The notes under the pieces are model-generated. The model was given only the letters and a program-made list of their open reading frames with translations. It did no database searches and had not been told where the DNA came from. The translations under genes and the position numbers were made by a program. From contig JAKMXF010000354.1 of the NCBI GenBank assembly GCA_024704765.1, positions 419,690 through 483,689 on the forward strand: a DNA stretch of 64,000 bases, in the 5' to 3' direction. The DNA comes from Oopsacas minuta. Its lineage: Eukaryota; Animalia; Porifera. Position 1 is the stretch's first letter, and each line of letters opens with the position of its first letter. This document shows positions 45,081-56,173 of the stretch, in pieces.

Positions 45081-46154
45081 ATGGGTAATTATTTCAATTC
45101 AAATACTAATACAACAAGACCTGAACCTATACAAACTAATACTCCCCCGCAAGAACCTATAAAACCTCAAGCTAGCTCGTTTAGTATGAGAGAACCTCTG
45201 CTCTTCTCTCTTCTAGCAAACTATGATCGAATTCTGCTAGCTGGTTGCGGGGGAGGGTATGACTTTATGAGTGGACTCCCACTCTATTTTGCACTAAAAG
45301 AATTAGGCAAGAAACCCTTCCTTGCTAATTTATCATTTACTACGCTAAACGATGTTAAACGTCTAAATCCGGATGACGTCATTTTGAATTGCGGATTTCG
45401 AGTTCATTATAAAACAAAGGTAGCTAGCAATAGATACTTTCCCGAGCTATTCACCTGTCAGTGGTTCCGTAAGAAGGGAGAAGATGTTGAAATATTTGCA
45501 TTTGATCACTTCCCTGCTACCAGGGATCTTATAGACTGTTACCAGTGGATTTGTAAAGAGAGAGGAATAGATGCTATAGTATTAGTAGATGGTGGGACAG
45601 ATAGTCTCACTTATGGGGATGAGTGTGGGATGGGAACTCCTGTGGAAGACCACACCAGCATGGCTGCTATAGATATGGTAGATGGGATAGGGCTTAAACT
45701 GCTCTGTTGTATTGGATTTGGAGTAGATTCATTTCATGGAATAAGCCATGGATTATTCCTACAAAATGTAGCAAGAGCAGAGAAGCAAGGACATTTCTAT
45801 GGATCATTCTCTGTATCGAGACATACTCCTGAAGCTCGTCAGTACATAGAGTGCTATGAGTATGTAGCTGCTAGAATGCAACCTTCCATTGTATGCTCTT
45901 CAATCATTAGTGGGATTAATGGAGAGTTTGGGAACCATCACTCCACAGAGAGAACTAAAAGCTCTACTCTATTCATTAATCACTTAATGTGTATTCTATG
46001 GACATTTGACTTACAAGGCGTTAACAAGAATATCCCGTACCTGGATAAAGTTAAACAATCTACCGGCGCTCTGGAAACTGATTCTATAATTACTTCATAT
46101 CGATCTAAAATTGGAGATGATAAAATACGACAGCCATTGCCATTACCAATGTGA
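45081..46154 (+). CDS. DUF1152-family protein of bacterial/archaeal type
   Basis: FSMREP, ILLAGCGGGYD, LANLSF, YFPE, DAIVLVDGGTDSL, GTPVED, IGFGVDSFHG, PSIV, TERT..LFINHLM are the DUF1152 motifs as I recall them. Start set at ATG 45081 (MGNYF), after AATTAG/TAG acceptor-like sites. Confidence 0.85.
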   Translation: MGNYFNSNTNTTRPEPIQTNTPPQEPIKPQASSFSMREPLLFSLLANYDRILLAGCGGGYDFMSGLPLYFALKELGKKPFLANLSFTTLNDVKRLNPDDVILNCGFRVHYKTKVASNRYFPELFTCQWFRKKGEDVEIFAFDHFPATRDLIDCYQWICKERGIDAIVLVDGGTDSLTYGDECGMGTPVEDHTSMAAIDMVDGIGLKLLCCIGFGVDSFHGISHGLFLQNVARAEKQGHFYGSFSVSRHTPEARQYIECYEYVAARMQPSIVCSSIISGINGEFGNHHSTERTKSSTLFINHLMCILWTFDLQGVNKNIPYLDKVKQSTGALETDSIITSYRSKIGDDKIRQPLPLPM

Positions 46155-46496
46155 TAGCGTTGAATTTGCAATTTTATAAAATTTTTCTAGTTTAACATGT
46201 TTTATTTCTGATATATTTATTATTGGGCATTACTACATATGTATTTTATTTGGAGGCTATTTATTCCCCAAAAATATCGAGAATTTGTCTGCTCTAACTG
46301 CTCTTATCTGTAAATTTTAGACATCTCTATCTACTATTCTTTTTATCAGTTTATAGGTTATTAAATGCATTTTCAAACATTTACAAAGGGAATTGTGTTG
46401 CATAAATAGCAAATTAATGTTGAAAACTATCTTTGTTATCACCTAAAAAACACTAATAGCTTATTTGCTTGTATCTGATTACATTCGTATACACAA

Positions 46497-46814
46497 ATGT
46501 CAGAAGCTGATTCAGAGTATGAAGAAGTTACATTCTTGTTGGATTTCGCAGATCTCCATCCAGATGCTTTTCAAAAGTTAATCAGTACTAATCCTACCTG
46601 TTCCATACTAGGAGTAGGAGGAGAGCAGCCAGTCCTGCAAATAGGTAGTTCAACCTTTTCAGGAGAATATCAAGATTCTACTACTACTTACGTAGCATTC
46701 GGAGAGGAACCTAACAGGGAAGTTATAGCACAGACTGAAAAAATGCTCGTGTGTTCACGAGTAGCTCTAGAGCCAAAAACTGGTCCAGATAATATCGTTA
46801 GCGAACCCACTTAA
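46497..46814 (+). CDS. GTF3C6: TFIIIC subunit 6 (TFIIIC35/Sfc7 domain)
   Basis: EYEEVTFLLDF...CSILGVGGEQPVLQIGSSTFSGEYQDSTTTYVAF...TEKML fits the TFIIIC_sub6 domain. Confidence 0.75.
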   Translation: MSEADSEYEEVTFLLDFADLHPDAFQKLISTNPTCSILGVGGEQPVLQIGSSTFSGEYQDSTTTYVAFGEEPNREVIAQTEKMLVCSRVALEPKTGPDNIVSEPT

Positions 46815-47081
46815 ACAATGTAGATTTTTAATAAAATTTTGTATTGTTGGTAAAATCACTGGAGAGATGCCATAATACATACATGCGTATTTGAAATACG
46901 TAGCTACTCAATAAATTACATATGAGAGTGTCTATACTTTTATTGTATTATGAGAATTGTATTGATGCATGCATATTTCTAAATTAAAGTTAATAATCTA
47001 ATAATTTACACTATCATTTCCAAGGTTTTGAGAGAGATATACAATTTCTTAATGCACATTATCCCATACACCATATTAATA

Positions 47082-50000
47082 TTAGTATACATTATCTCTA
47101 GGGTATGTAAAATTATTGCTTAAATCGTCGTTAATAGTTCCCTTTCTCTCTGCTCTCATCTGCATTACCTTGAATTCCTCACTACTCTGACACTCCCACA
47201 AAATTAGAGCGTTTTGCTCCCTATCACTTTCCTCTCCGCTTGTAACCTCATTCAATACAATTGATACTGCTAGATAGTACGAGTAGGCATGTCCATAAGA
47301 TAGAATTAGAGCTTTCTCAGATCGTGTAGCACCGTTTCCTAGAATCGGGACAAGATGGAGAACTGGCCCTCTGTATGGTGTAACACAGGTTTTGAATGTT
47401 TTATGAATTGCAGACAGTACTACTATGATCCCATTTGATAAACCTATCCATATTGTATCAAGCTCAGAGCACATGCTTGTTATTTCGATATTGTTCACAC
47501 CTTTCAACTGATAGAACCTTTTGCTTATTCGTTCGAAATCAACATCCATTTTCCATTTTCGCAGTCCTGTGTCGAACACGGATACAAGCGGCTCACATTG
47601 ATGTGAGAGCCACACTTCATCTCTGTAGCTAGTTAGCATCATTATTCTGAAACGTGAATTGTAATGAGATAAAGGGTAGCTAATGCTAGTTGCTAAACTG
47701 TAATCATCATAGATGTATACTTTATATCCGCTGGTACACCATTGTTGATCGTTGATGATGAGGAGAGTATCTATTGGACTCAAGTCAATAAAAATTAAAT
47801 GTATTTCCAATTCTCCGCGTTGAATAGCATCTCTATTCTTTAAGAAACGAATTATGACTCCATCTTTGCTCGCTGCATATACATACTTGTCATGCTCAAT
47901 TAGCTGTGCTGATTCACAGGTTGTAGGTAGCAGCTCCTTGTGTATCATTATATACTCTTCATTCTGTATTTCCCAAACAGCAACGAAGAAGTCTCCGTAC
48001 TGTGTACGCTTGTTGATAGTCCAAACATGTTCATTGAATATGTTAACACAATGGACCTCATGGTTAGACTCGATCATAGAAATCAACTTTAGAGTAAATC
48101 TACATCTAAACTGAATACAATTCTTCCCGTTTTCATCTTTTAAAACATAACATATGCTATTTTCACTGTAGCTAATGAAAGGTATGTCTTGTCCCTTTAT
48201 TATTCTTTCTACACACATTATTGATTGGAAAGTAGGCTGAGATATCAGCTCTACAATACTCCTAGCATTTGGTCTCACTTTCGGATCTTCATCCCAACTG
48301 AGACGAATAATATTCTCTAGAAAACACAATCCAAAATTCAGTAATTCTATTGACAGAGATGGTCTTACATTATCTATAACTAGCGAGTCAATGTAAATGC
48401 TATCTACATTGTTGTATGGTAGACTACCACTGACAATATTGTACATTAACATCCCGTATGAGAATATATCTACTCGGTGGTCGTAGTATACTTTACCCCC
48501 GTACTTTAGGATTTCTGGCGCCTGAAATCCTTTCGTTCCCTCGAGGCCCACGTAGCCAGATGGCTGGAGGTATGCAGCTATTCCAAAGTCAGTTAGTTTT
48601 ACTTGCACCTGTTCGAGAGGGTCGATAGACACAACAAGAACATTACTTGGTTTTAAATCTCTAAATATTATCGGATGAGGTCTTGTATGTAAGAAATCCA
48701 ATCCTAATGCTACCTGTATTGCTATGAGGTAATACAGCTGTCTTGCGAAGGGAGCCCGACCTTCATCCCCGCTCTTCTTGAGAAGGTCGCAGAGTGAACC
48801 CATGGGAGCAATTTCAAGAACTAGACTCATTTGTGGTTTTATTAATATCCCAACGAAACCAATCAAACATGGATGATATAAGTTCTTCAATACCATAGAT
48901 TCACGTCTCAATTCGCAGAGAGCTTCATTCTTACTCTCTGGACTATTCCGAGTTTGGTGATATGTTTTTATAGCTACTGATTTTCCTTTATATTTACCAA
49001 CGAATACTGATCCATACCCTCCTTTCCCAAGAGTTTTCTCAAAGTCGAACTCAAAATGTTCTGCGTTTAATACGAACTTCTTTGGCAGATCTAGTAGCAA
49101 TAGGTCAGGCGCTAATTCTTCTATTCCGTATTCTTTACCTAGAACATTAATGGGTGTATTAGGATTCTCAAACCAACTATAAATTGAAGGTAGAGTCAGA
49201 TTTATTTTGTTTAAATCCATTCTCGTATGTACTACTTCTTCACTGAGGAGGAAAGTCTCTAGCTGTACACCTGGGTACCATGAATTACACAGATCGAGTA
49301 GAGTATCGCATATTAGTCCAAACTTGCTACAACCCTCTCCTTCCTTTGAGCACATTATGAGGACACCTTGTTTCTGACAAGACACTAGATTAGAACTCTT
49401 CAGTGATTCTACGAGAAATGTAAGTTCTTTATCATCGTAGAATAATCCTTGTCTCCATACCTTTAGCACAATCGGGTTGCTATTACTGTATAGATTCCGT
49501 GTTTGTGTTAGAATAGTAGTTATCGGGCTCTTTAAGCTATTTTGTATGCTACAAGTTGGAGCTATGATCTCTATATTACACCAACCATCTCTCTCTATCA
49601 TGTCTGCTACACCTCTTTTGATGTAGTGTATGTGTTGCTGTAATTCTTGGATGTTGTGTAATAATCTGGATAAGAACCTAGACCAGAACCCATAAGGAAC
49701 CAAATCAACCCCTAGAACAACACGAGCGTAAAATGGATTGGATATCAAGTTAGAAAATATTTCAGTACTAGGTCGCTCTGTAGGTAGTAACGAAGGAATC
49801 AGTAACACACTTTTTCCTATGTTTAATCCTACCTCAAACTTCTCCAGCAGATGTAAGTAACAATCAAAGTATTCTGATGGAAATTCGGTGCTCTGACCTT
49901 TAAACAAATTGTAGAAATGTCTAACCTCCATCAATCCGTTGGAGACGAATGGATTCTTTGTTTTGATTGTAATAATATTCGCCATCATATTGCATAGCCA

Positions 50001-52427
50001 TTGAGGATTAACAAATACCAGTTCATTCAGTCCACTATTCGGATCGTCATAATAGAGGAGTTTTCCTGCTTTGTGAAGGAAATTAATCGCTTTCATAGTT
50101 TCACCCTTCCCAACAAGATCTGATATTGACCAAGTTTCAATAGTTTTCTGGAAATCCTTTAGAGTTAGGATAGGAGATTTTTTCTGCTTTCTGAGATCCT
50201 TATTCAATGCAGTTATCTTCTTATCAAGAGTTATGTAGTATTGCGGAACTTTGATCCCGAATATATTATCATCACATTTGCTAGAACTTTGTGATTTAAT
50301 TTTAAGAGCTGTTTGATGGATCACTTCCTTCAGCTCGAATATAAATTCCATTTTTGATGGCAAACAGCTGACACACATAATCTTTTCAATATTCAGAGTA
50401 CGATATTTGTGTACATTTTCAGCTAACAATTCCAATAATTTCCCAGCCTCTTCCCTGTCCGACAACATGTCAAGGTGTGTAGCTACAATTATTAGTGTTG
50501 TTCTAGGTGTCCTGGCTTTAATGTTATCTAACCAAGGTAGCAATTCTTTTATCCCATCCTCACCATGAGTGAGATTCCATACCAGCAAATACAGAGAGCC
50601 TTGACTCAAAAAGCATTGATGCGCAGCGTAATACTCTTCTTGTCCTCCAAAATCCCACATAATGTAGTTGATACTTTTCTTGGTCAATAAACGAGATGGA
50701 TAACTCCATTCACTCATCTCTATACCCACAGTGGAAATGTTGATGTCATCTTTGTTGTCTTTAAGTCTTCTCACGAGTGTAGATTTTCCTCTGTTCTGCT
50801 TGCCTACTACGTATATTTTGAGCTTATTAAACTCTTGAGAATTTTGATATTTGTGTTTGTAATGTTGTATCAATACGCTGCTTACTATTTTCTTGTTGAG
50901 TGGATCATATGCATTCTTTGGAAAATCTGCTCTATTCAATTCTGGTAAACCGTCTAGCCCCAGAATTATTAACTTTTCTAATTTGCCCAAACTCAACGGT
51001 AAAGTGAATATCCCCATATTATAACTGATGTCTAGGAAATAGAGTGTCGTCATGTTGGTAACACAGTCAGGCAGTCTATTCAGTTTGTTATAGGATAAGT
51101 TTAAAGTTTGTACATTTGGGAGGATGAGGCCATCTGGTAGGATGAATATTTTGTTTCCAGATAAGTTTAATTTTCTGAGTGCATTCGTAGCAATAGCAGG
51201 ACGTAAGGTCGTGAGAGAGTTCTCTGATAAATCTAGTTCTTCGAGGCTTGCTAGAGAACTCAGGATCAGTGGGTTTATGTAATCAATTTTATTTCTATTC
51301 AAGATCAATTTTACTAGGTTTTGGCAGGTGCATATGTTTTCATTGAGCTTTTTTAACTGGTTTGTACCTAGGTGTAGTTCTTCTACCCAAGCCACCTTTT
51401 GCAATACATTAACTTCTAATTCTTCTATCTTTAATCCCTCCCAGCATATTTTCTTTGTTTTCGAATTACAGTCTATGTTCAATAACAATTCTAGTACTGC
51501 TGCGCTGTTCCGCTTCTTCCTAGCTAGCATCATTGGTATAATCCTGTCGATATCTGAGGTTATATGTGGTAGACATTTCTGTAGTAACATTTCTTCTTTT
51601 ACAGAAATACTGCTTCCAAGACTGGATGTTAGAGACCTGCAAGAGAATTCAATCTTATTCATATCTGAATTAAGAATGCAACGGATCACTTGTATTTTGT
51701 TTTCAGAGGCAGCTAAACAGAGAAATAGATAAGCTACGATTTCCATATTCCCTCTCATATCAGCTCTCTCTATTAACTCGCTATAGCTATGATCTATTGA
51801 GAAAAGAAGGATCTTCCTCATATGTCTGATTTTAGAGCTATCCACACAATCTAACAGGCACTGATTGTAATCTTCAGGTAGTATAGGATTTGGTTTGTAT
51901 CTACTAGCATTGATAAGTACATTATTGATTTCTTCTGTGTCTTTCCCTTTGCAAGCACGTTTCAATTGCTCCCCCATTAGGAGATTTATTATTTTGGTAC
52001 TCTTCCTCTCTACTGCAAGATCCAGTGGAGTTCTGTTGTAATTATCTTTAACATCTATTTTAGCACCGTTTTTTATTAGAATCTTAACGCATGCGTAATG
52101 TCTCTGCACCGTAGCAAGATGTAAGGGTGTATACTTGTTACTACAGCGTACATCAGGATCCGCTCCCTCTTTCAGGAGCAATTTTGTGATATCATAATGT
52201 CCCCCTACACAGGATTCGTGTAGAGGGGTGTATCCGAATACTCCGGTCCCATATTTTAAGTAAGATTGTAGATTTAAACCTTCGCTGATTAGATCTATAA
52301 TTTCAAAGTATTTACCTTCACGACACCAGCGATGTAGTTTCCCTTTATCAAATGTTTTAGAAAAGCGAGCCTGTATGTAACAATCTTTCTGTTTACCACT
52401 TTCTTGAGCTTCTGAGGAAGTCGACAT
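47082..52427 (-). CDS. LRRK-type Roco protein (ANK-LRR-Roc-COR-kinase-WD40-like), single 5.3-kb exon
   Basis: Ankyrins (YTPLH twice); LRRs; Roc P-loop GKQNRGKST and WDFGGQEEYY; COR (NPQWLC, GFWSRF); kinase LGKGGYGSV, VAIK, IFRDLKPSN, DFG, APE; beta-rich C-terminus. Confidence 0.93.
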   Translation of the reverse strand: MSTSSEAQESGKQKDCYIQARFSKTFDKGKLHRWCREGKYFEIIDLISEGLNLQSYLKYGTGVFGYTPLHESCVGGHYDITKLLLKEGADPDVRCSNKYTPLHLATVQRHYACVKILIKNGAKIDVKDNYNRTPLDLAVERKSTKIINLLMGEQLKRACKGKDTEEINNVLINASRYKPNPILPEDYNQCLLDCVDSSKIRHMRKILLFSIDHSYSELIERADMRGNMEIVAYLFLCLAASENKIQVIRCILNSDMNKIEFSCRSLTSSLGSSISVKEEMLLQKCLPHITSDIDRIIPMMLARKKRNSAAVLELLLNIDCNSKTKKICWEGLKIEELEVNVLQKVAWVEELHLGTNQLKKLNENICTCQNLVKLILNRNKIDYINPLILSSLASLEELDLSENSLTTLRPAIATNALRKLNLSGNKIFILPDGLILPNVQTLNLSYNKLNRLPDCVTNMTTLYFLDISYNMGIFTLPLSLGKLEKLIILGLDGLPELNRADFPKNAYDPLNKKIVSSVLIQHYKHKYQNSQEFNKLKIYVVGKQNRGKSTLVRRLKDNKDDINISTVGIEMSEWSYPSRLLTKKSINYIMWDFGGQEEYYAAHQCFLSQGSLYLLVWNLTHGEDGIKELLPWLDNIKARTPRTTLIIVATHLDMLSDREEAGKLLELLAENVHKYRTLNIEKIMCVSCLPSKMEFIFELKEVIHQTALKIKSQSSSKCDDNIFGIKVPQYYITLDKKITALNKDLRKQKKSPILTLKDFQKTIETWSISDLVGKGETMKAINFLHKAGKLLYYDDPNSGLNELVFVNPQWLCNMMANIITIKTKNPFVSNGLMEVRHFYNLFKGQSTEFPSEYFDCYLHLLEKFEVGLNIGKSVLLIPSLLPTERPSTEIFSNLISNPFYARVVLGVDLVPYGFWSRFLSRLLHNIQELQQHIHYIKRGVADMIERDGWCNIEIIAPTCSIQNSLKSPITTILTQTRNLYSNSNPIVLKVWRQGLFYDDKELTFLVESLKSSNLVSCQKQGVLIMCSKEGEGCSKFGLICDTLLDLCNSWYPGVQLETFLLSEEVVHTRMDLNKINLTLPSIYSWFENPNTPINVLGKEYGIEELAPDLLLLDLPKKFVLNAEHFEFDFEKTLGKGGYGSVFVGKYKGKSVAIKTYHQTRNSPESKNEALCELRRESMVLKNLYHPCLIGFVGILIKPQMSLVLEIAPMGSLCDLLKKSGDEGRAPFARQLYYLIAIQVALGLDFLHTRPHPIIFRDLKPSNVLVVSIDPLEQVQVKLTDFGIAAYLQPSGYVGLEGTKGFQAPEILKYGGKVYYDHRVDIFSYGMLMYNIVSGSLPYNNVDSIYIDSLVIDNVRPSLSIELLNFGLCFLENIIRLSWDEDPKVRPNARSIVELISQPTFQSIMCVERIIKGQDIPFISYSENSICYVLKDENGKNCIQFRCRFTLKLISMIESNHEVHCVNIFNEHVWTINKRTQYGDFFVAVWEIQNEEYIMIHKELLPTTCESAQLIEHDKYVYAASKDGVIIRFLKNRDAIQRGELEIHLIFIDLSPIDTLLIINDQQWCTSGYKVYIYDDYSLATSISYPLSHYNSRFRIMMLTSYRDEVWLSHQCEPLVSVFDTGLRKWKMDVDFERISKRFYQLKGVNNIEITSMCSELDTIWIGLSNGIIVVLSAIHKTFKTCVTPYRGPVLHLVPILGNGATRSEKALILSYGHAYSYYLAVSIVLNEVTSGEESDREQNALILWECQSSEEFKVMQMRAERKGTINDDLSNNFTYPRDNVY

Positions 52428-53108
52428 TATACATATTACATACTGCTGGTAACTGACCTCATAATAAGCTATCTTGTACCTTTTCCACCAAAGCCTAATG
52501 ATTTTGTATCAAATATCAATAGCATGTCTATTTGCTAGATGATTTGTTGCTTCTGTTGATATCAGGTCTCCCTCTATACCATCACGTCTAATCATTTGCA
52601 TATGTCATACTTGTAGTATCCCGTTTGAGGATGTTTGGTTTTTTCATTTAACCACATTTTATTGATTAGTTCGGCTCTACGTAGAATTTCTACCGCTATA
52701 AATCCTTATATATTAACTAAAATTACGCAGATACATGTTAATAACACGGCAACGTTATGCGTATTATCTGTATTGATAGAAATAATTCTTATACATATAA
52801 AATAGTTACATTCGAATAATGATCATTGAATACACATTCTTTCTAAGCGGCCCTAAAACTTCATGTCTATCATGAACTCTTTTGCATCCAGTTTAGTTTG
52901 TTATATGTCTTTGATCCCTAAGACGAAGTAAGGACACTTATTTATCTGAACCATATTTCATATGCCATATCTCAATAATCTATGGCCTATCATATTCAAA
53001 GTTTCTTAATTGAACCTGAGAAATATTCAAATGCCCCTGCCCCTGCATCTCACCCTATGAGTTGCCGTATACTTATTTGATTATATAGAATATTTGTATA
53101 CACATAGC

Positions 53109-55781
53109 ATGTATATAACGCTAGTGCTTACTTCTCTATTACTCCTCCTCCCTTATACTCAATCAACTATCTCCACTGGTGCATACTACTCTTATTCAGA
53201 GCTAACACAACTCCTAACTCTCCTGAACAACTCTGAGCAATGTGGTAACATATCACAGATGTTTTCAGTAGGGAAATCAGTTGAAGGGCTGGACCTGTGG
53301 GTGATGCGACTCACACATTGTGCTAACATGGATCCTAACATGGACGGGTTCCCTGGCCGTCCCAAGTTCAAGTATGTTGGTAATATGCATGGAGATGAGA
53401 CTGTAGGCAGGCAAATGCTTATATATCTAATCCAACTCATCTGTGAGGCACACGAGACTGATGAACGTATTGCCTGGCTAATCCATAGTACAGACATATA
53501 TATAATGCCTTCTATGAACCCAGATGGGTTTGAGAAGTCAACAGAGGGGGATTGTAATAGAGGACACAGAGCTAATGCAAATGGATTTGATTTGAATAGG
53601 AATTTTCCTGATCAATTTTCTCCAAACAAAATCTTAGTGATACAACCTGAAACACAAGCATTGATGAATTGGATAACTTCAGGACACTTTGTGTTATCTG
53701 CTAACCTACACGGAGGAGCTGTAGTAGCTTCTTATCCATTTGATGACAGTCCTGAACACCATCAAGGCGGTAGACTCAGTCCCAGTCCTGATGATACCAC
53801 CTTCAAGCTGTTAGCTAGTTCATACGCTACAGTTCATGGTATCATGTCTAAGCCGGGCCCTAGGTGTAGTTACAGAGACGTGTTTGAGGGTGGAATCACT
53901 AACGGAGCCTACTGGTATGAACTGGAAGGAGGTATGCAGGATTATAACTATATAGTTGGTAACTGTATGGAAATAACTATAGAGTTATCTTGCTGTAAAT
54001 ATCCTACACGTGACCATCTACCTGCTTACTGGAAAGATAACAAAGAATCACTTATAACATATATTGAACAGACACAGATTGGAGTTAAGGGGTTCGTGAC
54101 TGATGAAGAGGGAGATAGAGTTGAAGGAGCGTGCATTTCTGTATCTGGTATAGCTCATAATGTTTACACATATAAATACGGAGATTATTGGCGACTATTA
54201 GCACCTGGTACTTATAACATATCTGTTCATCATGAAGATTACGTATCTGTAGAATCTAATGTAATCGTACCAGAGGGACCAGGGATACAGGTAAACTTCA
54301 CTCTATTCCCTCTCTCTCAAAACTCTCCCATCAATGAGACTGATACTAACTTGGCAGTTGACAAGGAGCCTATCCAAATAACAGAGAATGTTCCTCATGA
54401 TTTTAGCTACCACGATTATAACTCTCTTAAGGATTATCTTGCTTACTACCACAATAAGTGTAGTAACATAACTAGCTTCTACTCAATAGGAAATTCCGTA
54501 CAGAACAGGCTACTCTACGTGATAGAGTTCTCAGACTTTCCAGGAGAGCATGAAATGGGAGAGCCTGAGTTCAAGTACATGGCTAACCTCAGGGGTGATG
54601 ATGCAATAGGTAGAGAGCTGCTGCTGCTGTTAGTTAAACATCTATGTGAGGGGTATCTTGTAGATCCAGTGGTAACTGAATTAATACATTCTACACGAAT
54701 ACACATTCTGCCTTCAGTTAATCCTGATGGATTTGAGAAAGCATTTAGTGAATATAAGAAGATGGGAGATATAATATATGACTTTGGTGATGCACAGAAT
54801 AACGTTAGGGGGGTTAATCTAATGACGGATCTTAATCCTGATCACAAGAACATGCGTCAGCCTGAGACTCAAGCAGTATTAGATTGGATTAACAGTACTC
54901 CATTCTCTCTATCAGGAATTCTCCGTGGAGGAAATCCATTTGCTGTTAGCTACCCTCTATTTTGGTTTGCAGAAGATGGTTATCCTGATACTGATTTTAA
55001 TGATGCGTTTAAGCATCTATCTTCTGTGTATGTAGACAGTATGAATTCTAAAGGTAAGGTAAATACCTGTGATAACAGTGATAAGACCTCTCCTCGTGGT
55101 TGGATAATTAATGGGTACAAGTGGTCCCCCAGTATACACACGTGGCCAGATTACGAGTATCGTTACAATCAATGTTTTGAATTGACAATAGATGTTAGTT
55201 GTCACTACTTCCCATCTGAAAAGCGCATTAAGGGAGCCTGGGAGAACCATTCCCAATCCTTAGTTAGCTTCATCTCTGCAGCTCAGAAGGCTATCTCAGG
55301 GGTTATTCTAGATAGAGATGGTCGTCCTATTTACAATGCATCTGTACAGATAGCAGGTCGTAGTAAGTTATTCTCCACCACCGAGCTTGGAGAGTTCTGG
55401 ATTTTATTACCTCCAGGAGACTACATGCTTATTGTAGGACATCTGTATTATCATACCAAGGCTGCTAACGTAACGCTATCTGCCTCAGGTGTCATGGACT
55501 TCGCTAACATGACGCTAGAGTCTAGACACGTTACTCAAACCTCTAATGCTCGACCTATCCTCGCTACTCTACTCGCTTTAACTATAGTACTAATACTAGT
55601 TGTGTACTGTACGTTATGTCTGCTATGGTTGTATTACTTCTTCTTCGTATCTCTCTGCAGCTGGAGACATCCCAAAATAGCTCGGGTCAGACGTGAGATT
55701 AAGCGAATGAATAAGAAGAAAAATACTCGTAAAGATGGGTTCCATCGTATTACAGCCTCAAGTTCTGACAGTGATAACTGA
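53109..55781 (+). CDS. CPD: Carboxypeptidase D-like M14B protein with two CP domains, TM and cytosolic tail
   Basis: Signal peptide; domain 1 has NMHGDE, NRNF, NLHGG and ITIEL; domain 2 is degenerate; transthyretin-like subdomains; TM; tail RKDGFHRI. ATG 53109 follows a CACATAG acceptor-like site. Confidence 0.92.
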   Translation: MYITLVLTSLLLLLPYTQSTISTGAYYSYSELTQLLTLLNNSEQCGNISQMFSVGKSVEGLDLWVMRLTHCANMDPNMDGFPGRPKFKYVGNMHGDETVGRQMLIYLIQLICEAHETDERIAWLIHSTDIYIMPSMNPDGFEKSTEGDCNRGHRANANGFDLNRNFPDQFSPNKILVIQPETQALMNWITSGHFVLSANLHGGAVVASYPFDDSPEHHQGGRLSPSPDDTTFKLLASSYATVHGIMSKPGPRCSYRDVFEGGITNGAYWYELEGGMQDYNYIVGNCMEITIELSCCKYPTRDHLPAYWKDNKESLITYIEQTQIGVKGFVTDEEGDRVEGACISVSGIAHNVYTYKYGDYWRLLAPGTYNISVHHEDYVSVESNVIVPEGPGIQVNFTLFPLSQNSPINETDTNLAVDKEPIQITENVPHDFSYHDYNSLKDYLAYYHNKCSNITSFYSIGNSVQNRLLYVIEFSDFPGEHEMGEPEFKYMANLRGDDAIGRELLLLLVKHLCEGYLVDPVVTELIHSTRIHILPSVNPDGFEKAFSEYKKMGDIIYDFGDAQNNVRGVNLMTDLNPDHKNMRQPETQAVLDWINSTPFSLSGILRGGNPFAVSYPLFWFAEDGYPDTDFNDAFKHLSSVYVDSMNSKGKVNTCDNSDKTSPRGWIINGYKWSPSIHTWPDYEYRYNQCFELTIDVSCHYFPSEKRIKGAWENHSQSLVSFISAAQKAISGVILDRDGRPIYNASVQIAGRSKLFSTTELGEFWILLPPGDYMLIVGHLYYHTKAANVTLSASGVMDFANMTLESRHVTQTSNARPILATLLALTIVLILVVYCTLCLLWLYYFFFVSLCSWRHPKIARVRREIKRMNKKKNTRKDGFHRITASSSDSDN

Positions 55782-56173
55782 TTATTATGTGATGTATGCA
55801 GTACCTTGCTAATCAACTTTTATTCATTATTCATAAGTCATCTCTCTGAAGAGATAGCATTAACTGTTTATATACTTGTATATGCTATTTGTTTGTTGTT
55901 TAAAGTTACTGAGCATTCCATGTATATGAAACTTAGATATTTCAACGATTACTAGGGGAAACTGATTATTATTTATTTTGTTATAAAGACTATACTTTAT
56001 TCCAGTCGAAATTTCGTAACGAAAATAATTATGTTTCCCTCAAAAATATGATTAATTCAAATTTGCATAATTCTACGAGCCACAAGAAAAATGGAGAAAT
56101 CGCTAGAATTTTCTAGAACTTACTGGACACACTGATAAATATACATTTTGAACTGATAGTTTCGTAATACTAA

